Positions 22,460-30,008 of a DNA stretch of 64,000 nucleotides are shown piece after piece. The stretch spans positions 21,374 through 85,373 of the forward strand of contig JBKEDO010000032.1 of assembly GCA_047975405.1 (NCBI GenBank), read 5' to 3'. The DNA is from Bacteroides sp. (GTDB lineage: Bacteria > Bacteroidota > Bacteroidia > Bacteroidales > Bacteroidaceae). The first letter of the stretch is position 1; the number at the start of each line of letters is the position of its first letter. The notes under the pieces were generated by a model. The model had not been told where the DNA came from. It made no database searches and saw only the letters and a list, made by a program, of their open reading frames with translations. Both the position numbers and the translations under genes were made by a program.

Positions 22460-22509
22460 AAGAAAGCCATTTATGTCGTTACTGTAAGGTCGGTATAAAT
22501 GGCTTTCTT
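22460..22509. terminator. Bidirectional hairpin terminator between convergent pmbA and GNAT genes
   Basis: AAGAAAGCCATTTAT...ATAAATGGCTTTCTT 15-bp inverted repeat. Confidence 0.75.
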
Positions 22510-22533
22510 ATGCTTTTGCCTTTAGTGAAGCGT

Positions 22534-23541
22534 TTAGTTCATCATTAAGCTCATATAAGGGTTTAGTCGCTGTAGCAGCTTTCGGGTCAGTGTGGCGATG
22601 TCCATATCCTCATAATCAGAGTTTCCCGAATCAGGTTGATGGATTAGCTGACCGTTTCTGACTTCATAATATCCGTTATTATCAGGCAATAAGCTGTCTG
22701 TAAGCTTAATCTTAAAGGCTTCTGTTGGATAGGTCTCGGCATAAACTTCCAGCATTGATTTCGCATGAATAATACGAGCCATAGCAAATGGGATAGAGCT
22801 TTCTCTGTTTTGTGCAGGACGCTTTATTTGTAAGGTCGCAGATGTATTCTTTTGTTTAATGGCTTGTATTAGAGCTAACTCAATGACCTTATGATCCGCA
22901 ACCAACTCTTCGATATGAAGGACTTCACCATTATTGTAAACGATGGCTACGCCTTTTATCTGATGAGCTTCCGTTGCATAGAATAGCGTTCCGCTGCCTA
23001 ATGCCAAATCGCTTAAGATGATCTCAAAATCCGATGACGTGTGTTGTACACAACACGTTCGTTTTGCTAAGTGAGTAGAGAGATAATCATAGACTCCCTC
23101 TTCGTTTGTGGTCGTATGCTCAATCTTAACGTGACTTGTCAATAACACTTCTTCATTGATCTGCTCTGTCGACTGGTAGAAAACAGTGGCGTATCCCATA
23201 CGAGCATAATAATCGAATAGTGAAGCGTTGGCCGGAATCAGTGTCGTTAGATCAACACCTTCTCGGTACATCTCCTGAAAACTATCGGTCAGCACTTGCT
23301 CCATCAAACCTTGTTTGCGATATTGCGGATGTGTGCATGCACCGGAGATATAAGCCATTTGAAGCAAATGTGTTCCGTATGTCATCGGATAGGGGATCAT
23401 CTGCAGAGCCGATACGATCTGATGATCCTTTCTTATGGCGACCATCTCTTCTTCCCGATATCGCAAACGAAAATACAATTCAATGAATGTTTCACTGTCA
23501 TTGAAACAGAGTCGCCATAGTGATTTAAATGCTTCTTTCAT
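22534..23541 (-). CDS. GNAT-family N-acetyltransferase (Eis-like, SCP2-like C-terminus)
   Basis: YISGACTHPQYRKQGLM acetyl-CoA motif, LIPA...YYARMGY, C-terminal DSLLPDNNGYY. Confidence 0.85.
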   Translation of the reverse strand: MKEAFKSLWRLCFNDSETFIELYFRLRYREEEMVAIRKDHQIVSALQMIPYPMTYGTHLLQMAYISGACTHPQYRKQGLMEQVLTDSFQEMYREGVDLTTLIPANASLFDYYARMGYATVFYQSTEQINEEVLLTSHVKIEHTTTNEEGVYDYLSTHLAKRTCCVQHTSSDFEIILSDLALGSGTLFYATEAHQIKGVAIVYNNGEVLHIEELVADHKVIELALIQAIKQKNTSATLQIKRPAQNRESSIPFAMARIIHAKSMLEVYAETYPTEAFKIKLTDSLLPDNNGYYEVRNGQLIHQPDSGNSDYEDMDIATLTRKLLQRLNPYMSLMMN

Positions 23542-23565
23542 GGTGTGATGCCGTTACATTTAGGG

Positions 23566-24471
23566 TTAAAGCGAATCCGAGTCCTTGACACAGGCCATGT
23601 ATTTATCAAGGATAATAGTCGGCTGATAAGATAATTTGGCTTTGCGTAACCCTTCGATTCCCAAGTCTTCTTCCCGGTTGATATAGAGATAGTGTTCCGG
23701 AATATGATTGGCAAATTCATAGTTAATCATGGCATAAGCCCCATCAACTGTTGTATCGGCTTTTTCGGCGTGTACACAGAAGGTGTCTCCATTGATCGGC
23801 ATGCCATAGGTAAAGGCGACAATTACACCATTAACGCGCAATAGTCCACCTTGCAGACCTAACTCTTGAAAATGAGTCAGAGCATAAGTCAGCGATTGAC
23901 GTTCGTTGCCTACTCCTTCCATCTGATCGCAGTTATTTACTTTGCACCACTTGGCTTCTAATTCTAAACATTCTTCAATTCGTTCCGGCGTAATGGGCAC
24001 ATATTCGTAATCCGGATTAGTGTTCCGGAACCGATTGACATGATTTCGTTTAGATTGGTACTTTTTTCCTGATAATGTGGATAGGTCGGTTCGCAAATAG
24101 AGATAATCCGAATAATTGCGATCGCTGCTGAATGAAAAAGTATCGGGGAATAACTCTTCCAGCTCTGTACGTGTTCGTTCGCAAACGCCAAGCATACAAA
24201 AAGATTGTTGTTCTTGTTGGGCGTCTTGCATTAAACGTTGTACAACTGGTTTGATGAATCCTTCTCCTAATGGCATCATATAAAAAAGTTTGCCGTTCAC
24301 CCAAAACTTGAAGGCTAAAAAGCCGTCGATTAAAGCGACTTGGGTATGGTATAGAAACTTCCAGCTACATAAGTTTGAGAAAGAAAGATCGCAGTTTCTG
24401 CGGTGTCCATTAGCAGTAAAAGAAGTAATCAGAGTTTTGTCTTCTAGTTGAATCTCTTTAAAATTTATCAT
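23566..24471 (-). CDS. DUF2156 / phosphatidylglycerol-lysyltransferase-like domain protein
   Basis: LSGKKYQSKRNHVNRF, HAEKAD, INREEDLGIEGLRKAKLSYQP; start trimmed to ATG 24471. Confidence 0.85.
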   Translation of the reverse strand: MINFKEIQLEDKTLITSFTANGHRRNCDLSFSNLCSWKFLYHTQVALIDGFLAFKFWVNGKLFYMMPLGEGFIKPVVQRLMQDAQQEQQSFCMLGVCERTRTELEELFPDTFSFSSDRNYSDYLYLRTDLSTLSGKKYQSKRNHVNRFRNTNPDYEYVPITPERIEECLELEAKWCKVNNCDQMEGVGNERQSLTYALTHFQELGLQGGLLRVNGVIVAFTYGMPINGDTFCVHAEKADTTVDGAYAMINYEFANHIPEHYLYINREEDLGIEGLRKAKLSYQPTIILDKYMACVKDSDSL

Positions 24472-24520
24472 AAGAATTGCTCGTTTATTCATATTAACGA
24501 GCAATTCTTATTTTTTGTTG

Positions 24521-25216
24521 TTAGATTATTCCTAATAACCTTAAAATGGTTGGAGTCAGGAGTGCCGTGAGTATGCCGTTTAGGGTCAGGCCCAAGCTGG
24601 CGTATGCGCCATACTTACTGCTGATGTCCATGGCAGTCGAGGTGCCAACCGCGTGGGCGGCTGTTCCCATCGATAAACCTTGTGCGATAGGGCTTCCTAC
24701 ACGCATCACCTTCATGGCTTTGAAACCACATACCGCTCCGATGAGTCCAACGCAAACCACGACGGCAGCCGTTAAGGAAGGAATACCTCCAAGCGTCTTG
24801 GTAACTTCCATCGCAATAGGGGTGGTTACTGATTTGGGAGCCAGTGATAGGATTACGTCGGGTGAGGCTCCTAGCCACTTAGCAATGAGTACCACTGAGA
24901 TGACGCCAACGACACAGCCGGCTAGTTGTGAAAGCAGAATCGGAATGAGTTGTTTCCTGATGGTCTCTAGTTGCAAGTAAAGGGGCACTCCAAGAGCAAC
25001 GACGGCAGGCTTCAACCAAAACTCGATGAGGTGTCCACTCTCGTTATACGTCTCATAGCTGATGTCGAACAACTTGAGAAAACCGATGAGGGCGGCAATG
25101 GTGAGAAGGATTGGATTCAGTAGAACCCATCCGATCTTCTGCTGTAAGAGCTTTGCTAAAAAGAAGAGACCAAAAGTCATGGTCAGCAGGAAAAAGGGGT
25201 TTTCGATATAGCTCAT
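24521..25216 (-). CDS. lrgB: LrgB/CidB-family membrane protein
   Basis: PAVVALGVPLY, PKSVTTPIA, AHAVGT. Confidence 0.92.
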   Translation of the reverse strand: MSYIENPFFLLTMTFGLFFLAKLLQQKIGWVLLNPILLTIAALIGFLKLFDISYETYNESGHLIEFWLKPAVVALGVPLYLQLETIRKQLIPILLSQLAGCVVGVISVVLIAKWLGASPDVILSLAPKSVTTPIAMEVTKTLGGIPSLTAAVVVCVGLIGAVCGFKAMKVMRVGSPIAQGLSMGTAAHAVGTSTAMDISSKYGAYASLGLTLNGILTALLTPTILRLLGII

Positions 25217-25551
25217 TTGAATTTACGTGTTAGTTGATGAATCCATCCGGTAACCACAAGGACCAGAATCGTACTGACTAATGTTGCAATGACAATTGGC
25301 CAAAATTGAGCGGCGATAATGTCGAAATACAGCATTAACGCAACGCCTGGTGGGATAAAAAAGAATCCCAGATTAGCAACTAGAAAGTCGGACATTCCTT
25401 GGATCCAGTGTAGCTTGATCCAGCCCAATTTCAGAAAAAGAGTGAGAAGAAGCATACCAATGATGCTTGAGGGGAGCTTGATACCTGTCAGAAAAACAAG
25501 CAGTTCACCCAAGGCTAAACAGCCAAATAAGATGGTGCACTGACGAATCAT
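25213..25551 (-). CDS. CidA/LrgA-family holin-like protein
   Basis: LPSSIIGMLLL, FFIPPGV; 4-nt overlap with lrgB. Confidence 0.9.
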   Translation of the reverse strand: MIRQCTILFGCLALGELLVFLTGIKLPSSIIGMLLLTLFLKLGWIKLHWIQGMSDFLVANLGFFFIPPGVALMLYFDIIAAQFWPIVIATLVSTILVLVVTGWIHQLTRKFK

Positions 25552-25744
25552 ATATTTACCTTTTATTATTGAAAACGTTGCAAAGGTACGAAAAATCGAA
25601 GGATAGTGTTAAATATTATAATATTTTAGGTTGAAGAGCGAAAAATAGTCCATTTTGCAATGTGGATATTACAAAATTGTCTATTTTTGCATCGCAATTA
25701 GTCATAGACTATCTATATTATATACCTACATACTACGTAATTTT

Positions 25745-26764
25745 ATGCTTAATTTAATTAACCAGATTGTGGCGCGTGCAAAAGCCGATCGCCAGCGCAT
25801 CGTACTTCCAGAAGGAACGGAAGAACGCACTTTGAAAGCAGCTAATCAGATTTTGACTGATGAAGTAGCCGATTTGATTTTATTGGGTAAACCTCAAGAA
25901 ATTGGTGACTTGGCAGTTAAACTTGGTTTAGGAAATATTGGTAAGGCAACGATTATTGATCCTGAGACCTCACCTAAACATGAAGAATATGCTCAATTGT
26001 TGTGCGATATTCGTAAGAAAAAGGGGATGACTATTGAGGAAGCCCGTAAACTTGTGAATGATCCGTTGTATTATGGTTGTTTGATGATCAAGAACGGCGA
26101 CGCTGATGGTCAGTTGGCCGGTGCTCGTAATACGACTGGTAATGTGCTTCGTCCGGCTTTGCAGATTATTAAAACTGCTCCGGGTATTTCTTGCGTTTCA
26201 GGAGCCATGTTGTTATTGACTCACGCTCCTGAGTGTGGACAAAACGGAGTGCTTGTGGTTGGTGATGTTGCTGTAACTCCGGTTCCGGATGCTAATCAGT
26301 TAGCTCAGATTGCAGTATGTACGGCTCAAACAGCAAAGGCTGTTGCCGGTATTGAAGATCCTAAAGTGGCTTTATTAAGCTTCTCTACCAAGGGTTCTGC
26401 AAAACATGAAGTTGTGGACAAAGTTGTTGAGGCTACAAAATTGGCACAGCAGATGGCACCTTCAATCAACATCGATGGAGAATTGCAGGCTGATGCTGCT
26501 CTAGTACCTGAGGTTGCTGCCGGAAAAGCACCGGGGTCAACTGTAGCAGGTGAAGCTAACGTTTTGATTGTACCAAGTTTGGAAGTTGGTAACATTGCTT
26601 ATAAGCTCGTTCAACGTTTAGGTCATGCCGATGCGGTAGGTCCGGTATTGCAAGGTATTGCTCGTCCGGTAAACGACTTGTCTCGCGGTTGTTCTATCGA
26701 AGACGTTTATCGCATGATTGCTATTACAGCTAATCAAGCTATTGCTGCAAAAACAAATTGTTAA
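25745..26764 (+). CDS. pta: Phosphate acetyltransferase
   Basis: RIVLPEG, LSFSTKGSA, DGELQADAA, VNDLSRGC; start trimmed to ATG 25745. Confidence 0.96.
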   Translation: MLNLINQIVARAKADRQRIVLPEGTEERTLKAANQILTDEVADLILLGKPQEIGDLAVKLGLGNIGKATIIDPETSPKHEEYAQLLCDIRKKKGMTIEEARKLVNDPLYYGCLMIKNGDADGQLAGARNTTGNVLRPALQIIKTAPGISCVSGAMLLLTHAPECGQNGVLVVGDVAVTPVPDANQLAQIAVCTAQTAKAVAGIEDPKVALLSFSTKGSAKHEVVDKVVEATKLAQQMAPSINIDGELQADAALVPEVAAGKAPGSTVAGEANVLIVPSLEVGNIAYKLVQRLGHADAVGPVLQGIARPVNDLSRGCSIEDVYRMIAITANQAIAAKTNC

Positions 26765-26783
26765 CCTTTAAATATAGATCAAA

Positions 26784-27989
26784 ATGAAAGTTTTAGTATT
26801 AAATTGCGGTAGTTCGTCCATCAAATATAAATTGTTCGATATGACGAGCAAAGATGTCATTGCTCAAGGTGGCATTGAGAAGATCGGCTTGAAAGGGTCG
26901 TTCTTGAAACTAACTTTACCTAGCGGTGAGAAAAAAGTTTTAGAAAAAGATATTCCTGAACACACTGTAGGTGTGGAATTTATATTAAAAACATTAATTC
27001 ATCCGGAATTCGGAGCAATCAGCTCATTGGATGAAATTAATGCTGTAGGACATCGTATGGTACACGGTGGCGAACGCTTCAGTGAATCTGTATTGTTGAA
27101 CAAGGAAGTTTTGGATGTCTTTACAGCTTGTAACGACTTGGCGCCTTTGCATAACCCTGCTAACTTGAAGGGCGTAAATGCTATTTCTTCGATCCTTCCT
27201 AACGTACCTCAAGTGGGTGTGTTCGATACAGCTTTCCATCAGACGATGCCTAATTATGCTTATTTATATGGAATCCCTTACGAATTGTATGAGAAATATG
27301 GTATTCGTCGTTACGGCTTCCACGGAACGTCTCATCGTTATGTATCGCAACGTGTATGTGACTTCTTAGGCGTTAAACCGGAAGGTCAAAAAATCATCAC
27401 TTGCCATATTGGTAACGGAGGTTCGATTGCTGCTATTAAAGATGGTAAATGTGTGGATACTACCATGGGATTGACTCCACTCGAGGGATTGATCATGGGT
27501 ACTCGTTCTGGTGATATTGATGCCGGTGCTGTGACTTTCATCATGGAAAAAGAAGGCTTGACTCCAAGTGGAGTTTCAAACTTATTGAACCAAAAGAGTG
27601 GTGTACTCGGTATCTCTGGTGTATCAAGCGATATGCGTGAACTTTTGGCTGCCTGCGAAGAAGGCAATGAAAAAGCGATCCTTGCTGAAAAGATGTACTA
27701 CTACCGTATTAAGAAGTATATTGGAGCTTTCGCTGCTGTACTTGACGGAGTTGATATTTTGTTGTTTACCGGTGGTGTTGGCGAAAACCAGTTCGAAATG
27801 CGTCGTGATGTTTGTAAAGCATTAGGCTATTTGGGTATTGAGTTGGATTACGAATTGAACGATAAGATTCGTGGTAAAGAAACGGTGATTTCTACACCGA
27901 ACTCAAAAGTTAAAGTGGTTGTGATCCCTACAGACGAAGAGCTGTTGATCGCTTCTGATACCATGGATATCTTGTTGAAGAAGGACTAA
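26784..27989 (+). CDS. ackA: Acetate kinase
   Basis: VLNCGSSSIK, GHRMVHGG, APLHNP, YGFHGTSH, FTGGVGEN. Confidence 0.98.
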   Translation: MKVLVLNCGSSSIKYKLFDMTSKDVIAQGGIEKIGLKGSFLKLTLPSGEKKVLEKDIPEHTVGVEFILKTLIHPEFGAISSLDEINAVGHRMVHGGERFSESVLLNKEVLDVFTACNDLAPLHNPANLKGVNAISSILPNVPQVGVFDTAFHQTMPNYAYLYGIPYELYEKYGIRRYGFHGTSHRYVSQRVCDFLGVKPEGQKIITCHIGNGGSIAAIKDGKCVDTTMGLTPLEGLIMGTRSGDIDAGAVTFIMEKEGLTPSGVSNLLNQKSGVLGISGVSSDMRELLAACEEGNEKAILAEKMYYYRIKKYIGAFAAVLDGVDILLFTGGVGENQFEMRRDVCKALGYLGIELDYELNDKIRGKETVISTPNSKVKVVVIPTDEELLIASDTMDILLKKD

Positions 27990-28053
27990 TCAATCGTTTC
28001 TTAAAAAGAAAAGATTATCTACCGATAATCAATGATATAACCTATTTTATGTA

Positions 28054-28109
28054 TGTATATATCTGCGAACTTTTATATTTTTACGGTATAAAATTTGCAG
28101 ATATATACA
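28054..28109. terminator. Long hairpin downstream of ackA, at the left edge of the accessory islet
   Basis: TGTATATATCTGCGAACTTTTATA...TATAAAATTTGCAGATATATACA near-perfect inverted repeat. Confidence 0.55.
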
Positions 28110-28269
28110 AGTATAAAAGAACTCAAAAAGATATTCGACACTCGTTGTTTTTAGCGTAGTCGATGCGTTCATCTATCTTTTATTTCGTTTTGTCAACGAT
28201 ATACATTGAGAAAAAACGAGGATGATTTACACCTCTTTACGGTGAATGTAGCGGGTTGTCCTGCAAAAT

Positions 28270-29171
28270 CTATTCTAATGAACCTTTTGGAGTTCTAAAA
28301 ACCTGTTCAACAAACCAAAGGCTATGGTATTGGGCAATCACCTTTTCTGCTTCAAGATTTGTATTAGTTATATATCCTTTCAGACCATCCCATCCTGTAT
28401 TTTGCTCAATTTTCCCATCACTGATTCTTGCTTCCACAGCCTTGCTAATCTCAAGGAATTTGTTGTAGATACGGTTGTTTATCCGTCGCAGTACATCTGT
28501 CCTTGTCGTCTCAAAATGCAATGTAGTCACCTCATAGAACATTAGACCTATCTTACCTCCGAAAATTTTTCTGATGTGATTCACACTGATTTGCTGCGCC
28601 AATTCCATTTGGGTATTGTAGAGTTTATCCATGTAACGATAGATGTTATTCGAGTTTACATCCTCGTTATAATAGGATTTCAAGAACTCTACTGTCGCAA
28701 GTTTACTCATTGGTTGTGACACACGTGAAATTACAAGGTGGCGCAGTATCTCATTCGGAATCAGGCTAAAACCAACACTGTCATATACATAATTAAGAAA
28801 AAGTTGCGTTTCATTAATGAGCACATTATTAATGCTATTGATGAAACGATCCACCTCTTCAAGTTCTTTACTTTTTTCAAGCTGTTATTGTTCTCTATAA
28901 GCTTTATCCGATTTTTAACTTGTTCACATAAAGACTCTGCATCATCAATAGAGGAGGTGACTCCGAAGTTCTTAACTTCTCTAAATCCCCCATGTGCTTT
29001 GTTCACGACAACTACGCTGACAGATTTAGCAGGGTTCTTCTTTTTTCGTAGAAACATGACACAGAGGTATCCGCTTTTTGCGTGTGTCACCCAAAGTCAC
29101 TCTGTTCTTATGTAACTGTCTGATTATCATTCTACTCTATGTGGTGGTTCAAAAAAAGTGATGAAGTCAGG
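28270..29171 (-). pseudogene. Degenerate IS1634-family element (frameshifted, internally deleted transposase; one terminal repeat)
   Basis: MFLRKKKN..SVSVVVVNKAHG from ATG 29057 continues in a second frame (LRHLVISRV.QPMSKLAT, IYRYMDKL, WDGLKGYITNT, YHSLWFVEQVFR). Most of the DDE core is missing. A terminus-like CCTGACTTCATCAC reads inward from 29171. Confidence 0.82.
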
Positions 29172-29172
29172 A

Positions 29173-29283
29173 AATGCTTTTGCAGAATCTTTTAATGTCA
29201 AAATAAAAGTGTTTAGGGTTCAATTCAGGGAAGTAAAAGATATTTTCTTTTTCTTATTCAGATTCTGAAAAATCTGTGCTTGA
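29173..29283 (+). pseudogene. C-terminal relic of an ISL3-like (ISAon1-type) transposase
   Basis: Reads NAFAESFNVKIKVFRVQFREVKDIFFFLFRF*KICA*, close to the recalled Bacteroidota C-terminal consensus NASAESFNAKIKAFRAQFRGV.D..FFLFRL.KIYA. Confidence 0.75.
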
Positions 29284-29383
29284 TTTTTTTAGGCTCTATG
29301 ACAAATCGTGCGTGTAGTTAAACTAAAAAATTACATTTTGATTATAATAGTGTTTAAATATTTACTATGTTTTTAAATTTTTA

Positions 29384-29567
29384 AATGCTTTGACAGGTTA
29401 TCAAGGCTGAATTTATCGTTAGTGAGGATAAGAGCTAAAGAGCATACAACTGTTTGATATGCTTTGTTGCAGTAAAGTTAGAAATTGATTACATCCGCAT
29501 AGTTCGTTATATAGCCATTTTAAAACATAATTACAGACTTTTCGGACTGACTCCAAAAGAGCAGTAT
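29384..29567 (+). pseudogene. Possible highly eroded AraC-type helix-turn-helix relic
   Basis: Fragments in changing frames but in AraC order: NALTG, AEFI, LKSIQL, VAVKL, TSA*F, FGLTPKEQ. Confidence 0.4.
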
Positions 29568-29619
29568 GTAATACGAAATATAAAAAAACAAACAATGAAA
29601 ATAAAAAATATAGAAAAAT

Positions 29620-29649
29620 TTTGTAAGTAAAAAGAAAATAGTATGTTTG
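29620..29649 (+). promoter_or_regulatory. Bacteroidota sigma-A promoter for the peptide precursor
   Basis: TTTG (29620-29623), 18-nt spacer, TATGTTTG (29642-29649). Confidence 0.7.
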
Positions 29650-29705
29650 CAGGTAAGCAATTGGCCAATTTGCTAAAAATAAATAAATCTAATAAATTTA
29701 AAAAG

Positions 29706-29909
29706 ATGGAACAAAAAAAAATATTTTTAGAGAAAGAAGTTATAGCAAGACTTCAAGATGAAGAAATGAGTCACATCATGGGAGCTAGTTCTCATTCTAA
29801 CACATCCTCTTCTAAAGATATTGAAGATGCTGAGCCTATCAGTGATTCAGACGAAGATTCAGGAGAATCTAAATCATGCTGCCAAAAATCTTGTAATGGA
29901 GGTAACTAA
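29706..29909 (+). CDS. 67-aa RiPP-like precursor peptide (class I lanthipeptide-type / double-Gly-like leader, Ser/Cys-containing core)
   Basis: MEQKKIFLEKEVIARLQDEEMSHIMGA|SSHSNTSSSKDIEDAEPISDSDEDSGESKSCCQKSCNGGN; A-rich sequence before ATG 29706; own promoter and downstream hairpin. Confidence 0.75.
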   Translation: MEQKKIFLEKEVIARLQDEEMSHIMGASSHSNTSSSKDIEDAEPISDSDEDSGESKSCCQKSCNGGN

Positions 29910-29925
29910 GCTGTAAAGTGAAATG

Positions 29926-29957
29926 AAGGAGTTAATATTAAAAAATATTAACTCCTT
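29926..29957 (+). terminator. Stem-loop between precursor and beta-barrel gene (partial terminator or mRNA stabiliser)
   Basis: Perfect 14-bp stem AAGGAGTTAATATT-aaaa-AATATTAACTCCTT with a broken U tail. Confidence 0.7.
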
Positions 29958-30008
29958 TCGTGTTTTCTAACTCTGAAAAAATCTTGTCTTATTATGTTAA
30001 ATGCGCAT

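Noticed and set aside
28120..28209. Second ISL3-like C-terminal relic (NSK...VVD...LLFRF)
   Set aside because: The similarity is too weak to support by eye; it needs a frameshift-aware search.
29643..29705. Longer 88-aa version of the precursor ORF
   Set aside because: Its ATG lies inside the -7 promoter element; ATG 29706 has the A-rich context and gives a typical leader.
19517..29909. TldDE as the dedicated leader protease of the peptide precursor
   Set aside because: tldDE sit in the core folP-dacA operon about 7 kb away; proximity is the only link.
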